A stretch of DNA of 64,000 nt, taken from the human T2T-CHM13v2.0 reference genome, Homo sapiens. A program made the translations under genes and the position numbers. Below the pieces are notes generated by a model. The model searched no databases. It was not told where the DNA came from and saw only the letters and a list, made by a program, of their open reading frames with translations. The stretch lies in NCBI RefSeq assembly GCF_009914755.1, contig NC_060929.1, one strand, 5' to 3'. Of this stretch, positions 15,283-41,057 are shown piece after piece (position 1 is the stretch's first letter; the number at the start of each line of letters is the position of its first letter).

Positions 15283-15382
15283 TAGAATATTAACCCTGTT
15301 GGAGGTAGTATTAGTGAACATTTTATCTAAACACAAAAGGGCTAGCTCCAGGTTATTATCTGTAAATACAGTTATATCTAAA

Positions 15383-15680
15383 ATAGAGCTGACCAATAGA
15401 ATTATAATGCAAGTTGTAAATGTAATTTAAAAACTTTTGAGTAGCCACATTAAAAAATTATAAAGAAACAAATGGAATACTTTTTAAAACATTGTATTTA
15501 ACTCAAAATATTATGATTTCAGAATGTGGTCAATATTTTAAAATATTCATGAGATCTTTTACACTTTTTATTTTTAATGTCTTCGAATTATGGTGTTTAT
15601 TTTACACTGAGAGCACATCTCAATTCTTACTAGCCACATTTTAAATTGCTAGTGGCCACTGCATTGGACAGCATAGGTCT
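15383..15680. mobile_element. MER33-like DNA transposon
   Basis: CCAATAGAATTATAATGCAAG...GTAGCCACATTAAAAAA ... GCTAGTGGCCACTGCATTGGACAGCATAG. Confidence 0.7.
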
Positions 15681-17729
15681 AAAATATCCATATGTAGATA
15701 CAGAGGTCACAGTTTCAGAGCTGGAATAGAAATCTAGGATTTAGAAGATTTCATTTTTTGGTCACATTAAATACATCCGTCTTGTATACACTTCCATACA
15801 GTAGGGAATTACCCCTGTTGTTTTTTCTCCCTGTGGTAGAAAGGGTCTCCCTTCTAGGTGTCAGGATTATGACTTAAGTTCCTCCTGACAATCATTTGGT
15901 CAGGCGTCAATTCTGATAGGAACCTGTCTACAGTGTGTCTACTTGTCACCTTCCATCACAGGACAAGATGATTACACATGCTTATTAGGGAAGCCATGTT
16001 CTTCCAGTCCTGGCCATTGACCGATCCAAGGAAGGAACTTATTGAAAAGGTTAATGCAGCTTTCAAAAGAATCTAACAACTTGCTGATAGTTGTGGCCCC
16101 AGGAGATGATGACTCTTCATGGGCAAGCATATACTCAATATAAACTGCTTTGAATTTTTATTCATTTTCCCTAAAAATAAACCTCACCATCATTTGTTAA
16201 CTTTTGGGAGCAATTTAGTCTTTTCTTTTTATTTGTCTTAGCCTCTCATTGTTCTAAGTTAGATTTTTAAATGTCAAGTTGCAAAATGTAGAAGGTTTGA
16301 GGTTCTTTGGAGGAAGATACTGCAACTGGACTCCTTGGCCATCTGTTTCAGGTGAAAACGTGTCAAATCTCATGCCTGAAGAGCTGCCTCTAATTCCTTC
16401 CTTGGTCTGCTGCAGCCCCTAGCACAGCAGCCTGCACATAATAGGTACTCCAAAGGTAGTTTTGAATGAATAAGAAAATATTTTGTAGTTTGATATCCCA
16501 GTTGAGCCAAAACTGGAATGCAGACATCAATGTATCAAGTGATATGAATGGGGAAAAGAGAAGTCCTTTTTGTATCTGGGGCTGGGGACAGAGGCAACAA
16601 TGAGATGGAGGGGACAAGATGACATCAGGTCATCCAGGCCTGCTCAGGGGCCAGGACTAATCTGCATGAAGGAAAGGTCATTGTCCCCATTTTTGCACCT
16701 AAAGGGCTTGGCTCCAAAGGAGGGAGGATTGACTGTGTCACTATGACATCTGAAATATTTTGCCACAGGAGACAGAATCCTAGGCAGGGCAGCTTCCTTC
16801 CTGAGGAGCAGCAGGAGTGCCTATTGGAGGCTGTGGGACCCACAGCAAGTTTGCAGACTCAGTGGATGTAGAGAAGAGATTGGGTGTAAAAGTAGCAGAG
16901 CATGGGCTCTTAAATATGTCTGAAATACCCCCGGGGGTCCCAGAACAACTTGTAGTAGAAGGAGACATGGTCAAGGCACTATGGTTCTATGGTTAAGAAA
17001 GTCGATGGCAGTCTCAAATCACATAGATAAGGCCTTGGGATGTTAGATTTACAGTTCCAAAACATCTCAAGATCAGAGCTAATGCTTAACCCTCAGATCT
17101 CTACTCCTATCCATACCCTGAATTCCTACTCCCTTCTCTTTCTCTAATAACATAGACATTAAATAATTCATCACATAATTCATACTGTGTTAGGTATTAA
17201 AGGGGGTATCAGAATACAATTTTAAAATAAAACCAACAAACATGACAACTTCTATTAAAGGCCAGTAGTTGTTGAAGAAACACTAAAAAGAAAGTTATTA
17301 TTTTGAATAAAAGAAGCTTACCAAGCTATGTGTGGCTTGGTAAGTATGTAATTAAAGATCCAGGGAGTTGCATAATTTTATTAAAATGGAACTGTAAATC
17401 AAATGGCTTAAACTTTTATAATGTCAAACATTGGTTGTTACAAATGAGGGTGTTCATTGAAGGCCATATAATGCCTTTATAAAATGTGTAGCAAGAAACT
17501 TCAGGAACGTACACCTGAACAAGTAGGCTGCAGCTCTTGAATTCTAAAAGGAATTCAATTTTAGCTCAAATAACATATTGAGCTGCTTGAATAACAAAGT
17601 TCCATAATTCTCATCAGAAGAGTGATTAACTTATATCAACAAAACTCACACACATAGACACACACACACAAACACATTTACATTTTTTAAGGTAGAATTG
17701 AATATGGCGAAGCCTGAATTGAAGGTTCT

Positions 17730-18393
<664 letters not shown>

Positions 18394-19655
18394 TGAGCCA
18401 AAAGCACCTGGTGTGAACTGTCCTAGACCATGCAAATTAATGTGAATATCAAACAGTGGGTGGGCAGGTTTGTACTTATGACTGTACCAGGTAAATTTTT
18501 TCTCCCTCACCCCGTGCAAGATCTGTGAGTGTGAGTTTTCCTTCAATGGTTCTTTTTTCCAGCAGAGATTTTTTTCTCTCTCATCCTCTTACTATAACCC
18601 TTTTAGGATTGTGGCTAATGTTTGGTAAGGCCTCAACTTTGACTCTCCATTCATGAAATTCAAGGTTTCTTATCTCCTGTGTTGTCATTAATCACGAGGC
18701 TCCAACATCCTTTTATTGGCAGATTCCTGAGAGTAGCCTGTGGTGTTTCCTTACTATGTGGTTTAAACTCTCTTTTCAACCATGGCTACTATGGATTTCC
18801 CTTTGTTGTACAAAGAGGCTTAGGGTGGACACCAGCAGTGGCACTTGGCAAAGGTGTTCAGCAGGTACACAGGTCCCGCTGACTCTCAGCACCTGGTGAA
18901 GACATGAGTTTGGTCTAGGCTATGGCTCGGCCACAGGCAGGGATGCTACCTCCCTCTACAGCAGTGAGTGAGAGGATAGCCTATCATGAGGTGGGAGTGG
19001 GGGTGTTGCCTTAACTTCCAAATGCTAACTGGGTGTAGAATCTATCTGGCAAGTTATTTCATCTCAGGCCTTTAAAATTATTATTGTATTGACTTCTACA
19101 TGATATTTGTATTATCTTCTGCCAGTCTACATTTTGTTCCTTTGTAGGTAACCTGTTTTCTCACTATGATAACTCTGAATAGTTACACTTTATGTTTGAG
19201 GTCTACAATTTCACTGTGATGTGTATATTTCTTTTTATTTCTGTTTCTTGGTATCTGTGATCCCTGAATCTTAAAGTTCTTATTCTGTTTTTCTTACAAC
19301 TCATATTCATCAATTCTGGAAAATCCACATTATCTCTTCAAGTATTTCCTCTTACCCATTTTTAATATTTTTTCATGTTGGAATTCTTAAGTTGGACTTT
19401 CTCATTCTATTCTGTCCTTTCATTTGTATCTGTTAATAGAGTGACTAACCATTCAGATTTGCCCAGGAAAAAGGGGTTTCTTGAGACGTGGGACCTTGAA
19501 TACTAAAACCAGGCAAACCAAGGTCGTTGGTACCCTACTCTTCTCATATTTTCCATCTCCATAGTTGCTGTATTTTCTGTAATTGTTTCAGATCTACCCT
19601 CCAGTTCACTAATTGTCTCTTTAGCCGTGATTATTAGACATTGTAGTAAGTGTAT

Positions 19656-21220
<1,565 letters not shown>

Positions 21221-21919
21221 AAAATTATATGTTTTATCAACCTTTTCTTTTTTTAATAATTTCTCAATTTTAACAATAGAATCTGTATTTTTAAACATCC
21301 TTACTATATTATCACATTTTATGTCATAGTCTCTATTAGGTTTTTCTATTATATAATGAAATTCTTAAGGCTGAATCTTACGATTTATTTTTCCGCAGAC
21401 TCTAATTCATAGTGCATTATTTTCACATATGTTTTGTAAATTTAGATTTTGAGGCTCATTTTCAGAGAAGTTTGATCTACAGAAATCCTGGATAGTCTAG
21501 TTCAGGGGTATCTCTTTAGAGAGGATTTGAATTTTCTTCTTTGAGGTGTCCAAGGGATATCAGTAGCCCAGGATTACTTTTTATGCTGATTTCTCAGTTT
21601 GAAGGGCTCCAGGAGTAGAGAGTAGTATAAATTTGAAGTCCATAGTCTGGGAATCAAAGGCCTATGGTTATAGATTTCTGAGGGAGACTTTTTCTATTCA
21701 GAACTCAGCCCAAAGTAAACTAGCTTTCTTATCTGGTGAATGGAAGCTTCGTTGACTCTTATTGGCAATATAGCTTTAGGCAGCTCTCTACATAGGCATA
21801 AAAACTCAAGCCCTTAGATTGCAAGCCACAGTGCCTTGACTGGTTTCATGTTCTATTTTAGTTTAAATGTCTGCATATTCCCATATTTTTTTGGCAGATA
21901 ACAATATGATGATAACAAC

Positions 21920-22180
21920 AACAACAATAATAATAAGAGTAGCTAACACTTGTACAGAATATACAGAATGGGCCAGATATTATTCTAAACATTTTAAACT
22001 TAATTCTCATATAACCCTCTGTAAGGCATGTAATAATATTTTCCCAACTTTACAGATGGGGAAACTGCCACAGATAAGTTAATTAACTTGCCCAAAGTCC
22101 CACAGCTATAAAGTGGCAGACTAGGTAACCAAATCCAGGCATGTGATTCGAAAGTCTATGTTTTAATCATTAAAAAACAC
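21920..22180. mobile_element. MIR
   Basis: TTTACAGATGGGGAAACTG...TAACTTGCCCAAAGTCCCACAGCTA. Confidence 0.8.
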
Positions 22181-23324
22181 TGCCTCTCAATTAGAGCGTT
22201 AATTTTTTTCAGCAATTCTTATATTTTCATAGTAATTTTCAGGTTATTTAAACTGCCATATTGCCGGAAAAGGAAATCCTAAATCTTGATCTTACCATTT
22301 TATCATACTCTAATTCTAACCTTTCACTTTCCCATCCTATTTTCAAGGGGATGCAGTAAAAATATATGTTTATTACAATGATAAATGACTATTTATATCT
22401 GAGTAATACTAAGGGATTCCCAAATAGAAAAATTTATTAAAGAAAATCCTGAATTTTCTAAGATGAGGATTGCTATTTAAACTTAAAGGAAGAGTGGAAG
22501 GATATACTAATAAGTGAAATCACTAAAGCTTTGGTAAAAAAATGAGGAGTTGCTGTAGTCCAGTTGCTATCAATGGATAGCCCTCAAAAGGCAGCCTTAG
22601 CATACATGAAAACTTGTTAGAGATATACATTATTGGCCTCACCTCAGATCTACTTACTAATTCAGAAACACGGGGGCTGGGGAAGGAGGAAGAGGGGTAG
22701 GGGATGTACCCAGAAATTTGTGTTTAACAATTTCTTGAGGTAATTCTGATGCACTGTAATGTTTGAGAACCACTGCTATCATCTATTTAGGATTTAATTT
22801 ATTGCAAACACCAGTGTCCTTTATAGAGTGGGATGTTGTTTTACATGTGACCACAGTAAGTCTCCATGCATCATAAAGCGTTAACCCTCAAGGTGAAGTT
22901 TATTGCTTCTTGGGTGAAAACAGGGATATTAGATTCCCTTTCAACCTCTCCTTCCTGTTATGTTGTAGCATGTAATAGTTCCCTTTAAACATCTGGATGT
23001 TAAAAAAGGCATCCTTGCCAGTTAACTTAAAGGGAAAGTGAAAAGTTTGGAAATTAACCCTTCTTTTTTATGAAAAAGAGATAAGAACACCATTACTCTT
23101 AATGTCTTTTGCATTTCTATTTAGGAAGCAGTAGTTGAATCTCTGGATTTTTTATAGCAGATCAAAGATACAAGCTTTACGACTTTACTACCATAAGTAC
23201 TGACTAAAAATAGATTATATACAGGCTGCCTGTAAAGTTTAACAGTATTTTAACTAATTGTCAAGATTGTTTCTCCAGCAGTTATTTCTAATGTCTATGT
23301 GTAAAATGTTTTTGATGTTGTTCT

Positions 23325-23880
23325 CTCGTTTAGCAAACATTTATTTATCACCCTGTGCCAGGCACTGTGCTAGATGCCAAGAATACAACTATGGCCAGGA
23401 CTGACATGGTTCCTGTTACCACAGAGTTGACAGGTTAGTAGAGAAATAGACAAGAGCACAGGTAATTACAATACAGCATGACAAGTGTTATGATAGGTCA
23501 AATAAAGGGCACTATTGGAACTGTTCTCAATAAAAATGCAACATAACTGCTGTCTGAGTGATTTATTGCTCTTGATTATAAAATATGCTTGCAAGATAGA
23601 AGCTAACTCCTACTCATCCTTCAGAAGGCAGCTCAAATTGTCATGTACCCACATCCTCCAGTGAATTTTCCTTTCCACCCCACTACCCTGCCCCTTACAC
23701 TTGAGATTAGGATCCTTTTCATGTGTGTCCATCAAACTTTATCTATTTGTATTACAGTACTTCTCACATGCATTCCAATGATCTATTCAAATGTCTGTCA
23801 CTCTGCTATACTCTAAACTCTTGGAGGGCAAGGACTCCATCTTATTTGTTTTTGCAATTCTAACATGGTGCTAGCACCAA
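23325..23880. mobile_element. L2 fragments in opposite orientations
   Basis: CAAACATTTATT...GTGCCAGGCACTGTGCTAG and CTCTTGGAGGGCAAGGACT. Confidence 0.7.
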
Positions 23881-23972
23881 AACCCATTTATACTCTTTTA
23901 TGGCATGCTTTGGGTTTGTCTGTTCACTATGGATCACTATTGTATTCTTTATCAGTTTAAATAATGTACTTT

Positions 23973-24318
<346 letters not shown>

Positions 24319-24324
24319 TTAAAT

Positions 24325-24628
24325 TTTTTATTTTTTTTGAGACTGAGTCTCACTCTATTGCCAAGGCTAGAGTGCAGGAGTGCAGTGGCGCGATCTCGGC
24401 TCACTGCAACCTCCGCCTCCTGGGTTCAAGTGAACCTCCCGAATCAGCCTTCCAAGGAGCTGGGATTACAAGTGTGCGCCACCACACCCGGCTAACTTTT
24501 GTGGTTTTGGTACAGATGGGTTTTCACCATGTTGGCCAGGCTATTCTCGAACTCCTGACCTCAAGTGATTTGCCCGTCTTGGCCCCGCAAAGTGCTGGGA
24601 TTACAGGTGTGAGCCACTATGCCTGTCC
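24325..24628 (-). mobile_element. AluS
   Basis: Full dimer with a small internal duplication GAGTGCAG-GAGTGCAG. Confidence 0.9.
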
Positions 24629-25174
24629 AAAAATGTGCTTTTTTATTGATCTTTTTGCTGCTAGGAACATGAGCTCATCATAACCCCCTTCCCTTAATAT
24701 GAATACTTATATAGAACATGTGTCTTAATATTACCTTGAAATCAGAATCAGTAGCACTTGTATCTACAGAGAACAAAAAACAAATTTTAAGGGTTGGGGA
24801 GGGAATTATGAGAATGTTACCTGGTACAACATCACAACCTCACTTAGTGATTTTTTGACCTGGTTGATGGTCTCTCCATTTTTCTCCCATTCCACCCAAG
24901 CCTGTCCTTTGAAAGCAAGAAAACTAACCTAAGCTGCATATGTAGTGAGGTCTAAAATAAGGAAAGTATAAGATGCTATTGGAGTACCTCGCATGGCACC
25001 TAATCCAGACTGGCTTCTTAGAGGAAGCAACATCTAATGTAAAATATGAGGAGTAAGGGAGAGTTAAGAACACCATTACTCTAGATGAAGAGGAGAAAGG
25101 TAGAGGAAGCTTATGCTATTCTGGTAGCTTTTACCTGATACCCAAAGTAAAAATTTAATTTTAGTTTATGGTTC

Positions 25175-25179
<5 letters not shown>

Positions 25180-25224
<45 letters not shown>
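25180..25224. repeat. (CA)n microsatellite, about 22 units
   Basis: Directly visible perfect repeat. Confidence 0.95.
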
Positions 25225-25226
<2 letters not shown>

Positions 25227-25272
25227 CTTATATTTCCAAAATAATTATTCTCCAGACCTTTACTAAAAATGA

Positions 25273-26013
<741 letters not shown>

Positions 26014-26178
26014 TCATGATTTTTTTTTAGCTTATCAGAGAACTGAGCTATGAAGACAATCGGTTGAATTGAATTACAAAGTGTGACAAGCCTCTCTGAT
26101 GGGAGATGAGACACACAAACTGTTTTATCATCTTTTTATCCAAACTAAAGAGGGGTGAATCATAAAAGTGGGTAATAA

Positions 26179-26572
<394 letters not shown>

Positions 26573-26816
26573 TATAAGGCCAGCCACTTTCTATGAGTCT
26601 ACTCTGGATGCCCACAATAAAGACTGGATGAGGAAAGCACAAGCAAACAGATGTGAAAGAGTCCCCTTGAGAAGCACAGGTATGTAAGCACTGCCAATGT
26701 TTGAGGATGCAGTAAGGGTACCAGGAGAAATGCATCCATGCTTTGGCCCCAGCATGATTATAAAGCAGTGATCAGCTGCTGACAGGTTACGGGAATGGAC
26801 CCTACTTGTGCTGGAG

Positions 26817-27862
<1,046 letters not shown>

Positions 27863-28039
27863 CTAGACTCTTCTGTGATATAAAGTAGGAAGGCTGCTCA
27901 TGGCCAGCATCTTTCACTGATACAAATCTGCCCCTGGGGAGCAGGACACTTGCTCACGTCTGAGACCCCCATCTGATACAAGGCAGAATTTGCCTGCTAT
28001 GTGGGGCGAGAGGCAGGAAACTCCTCCATGTTCTTGACT

Positions 28040-28285
28040 ACGAGTTGGCAAACTATAGTTCATTTGGCCAGCTCAGGTTAGTTTTCTTGCTTTTGTAAAT
28101 ACAACTTTATTGGAACAGAGCCACACCTGGTTTTTTGTTGTTTTTTTGTTTGTTTTTGTTTTTTACTTATTGTCTGTGGCTGCTATTATGCTATGACCTA
28201 AGAGTTAAATAATTGGGTTGGAGACTGTATGGCCCTTAAGCCTAAGATATTTACTACCTGCCCCTTTAATAAAAAGATTCTTGCT
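28040..28285. mobile_element. MER58-like DNA transposon
   Basis: GTTGGCAAACTATAG...TTTTGTAAAT...TTTATTGGAACA...AAGATATTTACTACCTGCCCCTTTA. Confidence 0.75.
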
Positions 28286-28366
28286 CTTGACTCTGCTCTG
28301 AGGAAAAGGAAGAGCTAGTTTACTGCTGGAGGAAGGGAAGAAAAGCTGAGAAAGTCCCACTCCTGG

Positions 28367-28695
<329 letters not shown>

Positions 28696-28730
28696 TCAAA
28701 GACCATCTAAGACTGAGGCTGGAAAAGAAG

Positions 28731-29107
28731 TGTGTTAGTCCGTTTTCACACTGCTATAAAGAACTGTCTGAGACTGGGTAATTTATAAAGGAAAGAGGTT
28801 TAATTGACTCACAGTTCAACATGGCTGGGGAAGCCTCAGAAAACTTACAATCATGGCAGAAAGTGAAGGGGAAGCAAGGCACTTTCTTTACAAGGTGACA
28901 GGAAGAAGTACCAAGTGAAGGGGGAAGAGCCCCTTATAAAAACCATCAGATCTTATGAGAACTCACTCACTATCACAAGAACAGCATATGGGAAACCACT
29001 CCCATGATTCAGTTACCTCCACCTGGTCTCTCCCTTGACACATGGAGATTATGGGGATTACAACTCAAGATGAGATTTGGGTAGGGACACAAAACCTAAT
29101 CATATCA
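28731..29107. mobile_element. THE1 (MaLR) solo LTR
   Basis: TGTGTTAGTCCGTTTTCACACTGCTATAAAG...TTACAATCATGGCAGAA...CATATCA. Confidence 0.88.
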
Positions 29108-29399
29108 AGGAGAACCAAAAAACTATCTACCTGTATGAGCACTGAGTAATAAGTAAAAGCACTACAACTGGGATGAAAGTAAGAGAGCTCTTCTATGGTG
29201 CAGGAGATCAGGGCCTGTGAACACTAACAGTGGAGCCCAGGTACTGAGGAAAACCCTCCAAAACTCTAAATCTTACATTGAGCACAAGGTAGTCCACCAC
29301 TGGTGCAATGAAACCCAATATTGTGAAAAGAAAACCCCACCTCAGCTCAACTCCCAACTAGGTTGACCAACTCTGCACACCAGTAACTCAACAGAAAAA

Positions 29400-31265
<1,866 letters not shown>

Positions 31266-31304
31266 TAGATACACACATATATATCACATACATATATACA
31301 TATG

Positions 31305-31338
<34 letters not shown>

Positions 31339-31369
31339 CAGAGACCAAATGATGCTCTGAATGAGAATC

Positions 31370-32315
<946 letters not shown>

Positions 32316-32592
32316 TTGATCAGAATACCTATATCTGACCTTTCCACACAGACTGGGTTTTATCAAGCATGGCGGCTAGGTTCCGAAGATGAGCATCCCC
32401 AAAGGACTAGGTGGAAACTATATTGCCTCTTATTGAAACCTCCCAACAGGTTCTTCTTGTTCACTGTTCAGATAGAGGCAATTTATCAAGGCAGGGGAAT
32501 TGCAATAAAGAAAGAGGAGATTACAGTTTTATTATTACTCAGCCTCTCTGCAAATTCAAAGGCTACGGTTCTTTAAAGATAGTTTGACAGGC

Positions 32593-32617
32593 GGGGGGGG
32601 GGGGGGGGGGGGGGGGG
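32593..32617 (+). repeat. Poly-G homopolymer (G25)
   Basis: Directly counted. Confidence 0.95.
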
Positions 32618-33020
32618 CTAAAGAAAGGGGAATGCTGATTGGCTGGGCTGCTGATGAAGTCATAGGGAGTTGGAGCTATCCTCTTATGCTAAGTGGTCCC
32701 TCAGTAGGAGCCACAAGACCAGAAGAGCTAGTTTACCACTTTGGGTGGTGTCAGCTGATCCATCGAAATGCAGGGTGGAAAAAATACCTCAAACACCAAT
32801 CTTAGGTTGATATGGTTTAAATTTGTGTCCCCGCCCAAATCTCATGTCAAATTGTAATTCCCATTGTTGGAGGAGGAACCTGGTGGGCGGTGATTGGATC
32901 ATGGGGGGAATTTCCCCGATGCTGTTCTCATGATAATGAGTAAGTTTTCACAAAATCTGGTTGTTTAAAAGTGTGCAGCACCACCCCCTTCACTCTCTTC
33001 CTCCTGCTCCAGCCCTGTAG

Positions 33021-33779
<759 letters not shown>

Positions 33780-34288
33780 ATTAGGTATTTCTTTATAGCA
33801 ATGTGAGAATAGACTGACACATAGTTTTATAATAGTAATGTTAACTATAGTAGTAATTGGGAAGGTTAGTGATCTTGTGGCTCCTGGCTGCATGACTCCA
33901 GAGCCATAATTTCTAATCTTATGACTAAAATTTATCAGTTTACAAAGGTGGTCTGGTTCCCAGGCAAAGAGGGACTTTGTTTTGGGGAGGTGCTATTATC
34001 ATCTTTGTTTCAAACTTAAACTATAAACTAAATTTCTTCCAAAGTTAGTTTGGCCTGTGCCCAGGAATGAACAATGGCAGCTTAGAGGTTAAAGGCAAGA
34101 TGGAGTTGGTTAGGTTATATCTCTTTCACTGTTATAATTTTCTCACTATTATAACATTTGCAAAGGTGGTTTCATTATGACCTAGACTTGGAAGTCATAT
34201 AGCTTCATATCCCCCATATTCCAGATTCAAGGGAAGGGGGAACATCAACCCTACCTCTTAATAGTAGGGGAATCAACATCACATATTA

Positions 34289-37835
<3,547 letters not shown>

Positions 37836-39639
37836 TCTTTATGCTGCTTTGCTCAAAGTGCTTTGCACTTAGTAGTTACTGAGTAAGCAGTTGTTGAATG
37901 ACTACATGGCTATCATTATTTACACCCTGCTGAAGTATGTTTTCTCTGGGACTAGATCCTTGATCTTATTTCATGTAAGACAGAAGAAAACTTATTTTAT
38001 GACATATTAATATTTTCTGGGAGGTATATATTCTCTAAGATAAATGGTTCCAATACAAAATTTGCAAAGCACCAGGAAGGTAGTGGGCCTCTGGCACAAT
38101 CAAGTGGAGTTTGGGGAAGCAAACACAGGACTGAAATCTTTAAATCTATCCTAAGCCAAAGCCTTCTTCCTAAGGGAAAGTCAGCTTGTTTTTCAGCCTG
38201 GTATTTGTTCACTGAGCCTTATCCACAGTGAAATTCAAGGTGGCAAGCCTCCCAAAGGCTTTACTGGGCCCTAAAAGCTTATGTTGAAGCCTCTGGTTGT
38301 GAGGATGTGCTAAGAAGGCTAAAAGGGACTGTTGGCTTCAGGATTTGAGGCTTGAACATTCTTGTACTCTAGGAATACGGTATCTTGTGATAAGTTTTTG
38401 TTGCTTCATGTTTTCTTCTTCCTTCTTATTCTCTCCCATCTTCTACAGCACATTATAATCCATTTTTTAAAGTTTTGATTTTCTTTTGTTTTCAATTTTA
38501 TACCTTATTTTGTTACATTTATTCATGGAAAGTGTTATCTCTGATTACTTGACATTGCTTACATTTTATTTTCCTGGTATATTGTGCTTTTTAAAATAGA
38601 AATTTATTAATACACTGATTGTAGACACGGCGATATAAGACAACTTTTTTCAAAGTGGATCTAAATAGTTGAATGTTTCTGTCTGAAATTTACTAATTGT
38701 AATTGAAAATACTCTTATTGGGTAAAGCTTTTGGTGTGTCAAAAGAAAGATGATCTTACATGTAATTTACGTGCAGTTGTCACATATTATCTACCTATAA
38801 TTCATCTGTAGTTCTTTTCACTGCTCTTATCATTTGGTACTCAGAATAGCAATCTGTAATAGTGTTTCTAAAAGCGTCTAGGAAATTTTCCATCTTGCAT
38901 ACATATAACATTTAAATTTAACTTTCATGTGGTTCTTAGGTATTCTGTTTTGGAAGAACATTATACAGTTCTGTGGTTGTTTTGCTATTAAAGCGTTCTT
39001 AACTGATTTCCATATCAATAGATTCTGTGCCTTGTTGTAATGTAAATAATCCCTAAAGATACAATATACTAGTGTTTGCTTTTTAGTAAACAACTCTATC
39101 AGTGACTTTTTTAAAGACCTGAGAAGGCTTATCAACATTATCAACATTATCAATATCAATGCCTGCCAGATTGTATGCATATCTTTACTCTTGGGAAAGC
39201 TTTGGTGGATTTAGCCTTTAGCATTCCTCCAACAACCAGATCTAAACAGCCTCATCACATGTTCAGACTCAAAATTTTTTTCTGCTTGTTTGTGGAGGGT
39301 CTTGTGTACAGACTTAACCTCCAATAAGGCAGGAGCAGTGCTTGTCTTGTTCATTGCTGTATCTCTAGCACTTAGCACAGTGCCTGGCATATGTTATATT
39401 CTTGATGTGTTTTTGAAACAAATGAATGAATATTAATTGGCTTAACACTTCCATTTTGCACAGAGAGCCAGTATGACATGAACTCACCTATTTGAAACAG
39501 GTCTCCTTGAGATCCCCAGTTTACTCTAGCCTGACTCCCTTCCTTATAGCCTAGAGGTATTGCTGATATTCTCTGAGTGCCAATGTGCCGATTCCAGACC
39601 ATTTTGTTTGCCTATTATGTAAAATTTTTCTTCTGTTGA

Positions 39640-39903
<264 letters not shown>

Positions 39904-39920
39904 TGATCCGCCAGCCTCAG

Positions 39921-40280
39921 TGTCAGGCCTCTGAGCCCAAGCTAAGCCATCATATCCCCTGTGACCTGCACGTACACATCCAGATGGCCGGTTCCTGCCT
40001 TAACTGATGACATTGTCTTGTGAAATTCCTTCTCCTGGCTCATCCTGGCTCAAAAGCTCCCCTACTGAGCACCTTGTGACCCCCACTCTGCCCACCAAAG
40101 AACAACCCCCCTTTGACTGTAATTTTCCTTTACCTACCCAAATCCTATAAAACGGCCCCACCCCTATCTCCCTTTGCTGACTCTTTTTGGACTCAGCCCA
40201 CCTGCACCCAGGTGAAATAAACAGCTTTATTGCTCACACAAAGCCTGTTTGGTGGTCTCTTCACAGGGATGTGAGTGAAA
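39921..40280 (+). promoter_or_regulatory. HERV-H 5' LTR (LTR7 type, 360 bp)
   Basis: TATAAAA at 40146, AATAAA at 40216, single copy of GTTCCTGCCTTAACTGATGACA. Confidence 0.93.
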
Positions 40281-40282
40281 TT

Positions 40283-40300
40283 TGGTGCCATGACTCGGAT
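40283..40300 (+). other. Primer-binding site complementary to tRNA-His
   Basis: TGGTGCCATGACTCGGAT just after the LTR (one mismatch to TGGTGCCGTGACTCGGAT). Confidence 0.92.
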
Positions 40301-40423
40301 CAGGGGACCTCCCTTGGGAGATCAATCCCCTGTCCTCCTGTTCTTTGATCCATGAGAAAGGTCCACCTACGACCTCAAGTCCTCAGATGGACCAGCCCAA
40401 GAAACATCTCACCAATTTCAAAT

Positions 40424-40432
40424 CCGGTAAGC
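40424..40432 (+). promoter_or_regulatory. HERV-H leader splice donor
   Basis: CCG|GTAAGC about 150 bp downstream of the 5' LTR. Confidence 0.7.
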
Positions 40433-40859
40433 GGCCTCTTTTTACTCTCTTCTCCAATCTCCCTATCTCTCAACCTCTTTCTCCTTTCAATCTTGGTGCC
40501 ACACTTCAATCTCTCCCTTCTCTTAATTTCAATTCCTTTCATTTTCTAGTAGAGACAAAGGAGACATGTTTTATCCGTGGACCCAAAACCCCAGCGCTGG
40601 TCACGGACTCGGGAAGGCAGGGACGCCTCTCTGATTATTCACCCAGGTTTCAGAGGTGTCAGACCACGCAGGGATGCCTGCCTTGGTCCTTCACCCTTAG
40701 CGGCAAGTCCCGCTTTTCTGGGGGAGGGGCAAGTACTCCAACCCCTTCTCTCCGTGTCTCTACCCCTTCTCCGCCTTTCTGGGGGACAAGAAACCCCCAA
40801 CCCCTTCTCCTTCACCCTTAGCGGCAAGTCCCGCTTTTCTGGGGAAGGGGCAAGTACTC

Positions 40860-41057
40860 CAACCTCGTATCTGTGTGCCCCAATCCCTTATTTCCACTCC
40901 CCGACCTCTTATATCTCTGCACCCCAATCCCTTATTTCCACGCCACAACCTCTTATATCTCTGCGCTCCGATCCCTTATTTCCACACCCCAACCTCTTAT
41001 ATCTCTGCACCCCGATCCCTTATTTCCCCACCCCAACCTCGTATCTCTGCGCCCCGA
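40860..41057 (+). repeat. About 4.5 copies of a 44-bp C-rich tandem repeat in the HERV-H leader
   Basis: Unit ACCTCTTATATCTCTGCACCCCRATCCCTTATTTCCACNCCNCA. Confidence 0.85.

Noticed and set aside
15950-16130. Short coding-like text (PLTDPRKELIEKVNAAFKRI)
   Set aside because: Too short, not in an open frame with the nearby acceptor, and no homology recognised
16757-16995. Exon-like segment after TTTTGCCACAG
   Set aside because: All three + frames reach stops and no protein similarity is recognisable
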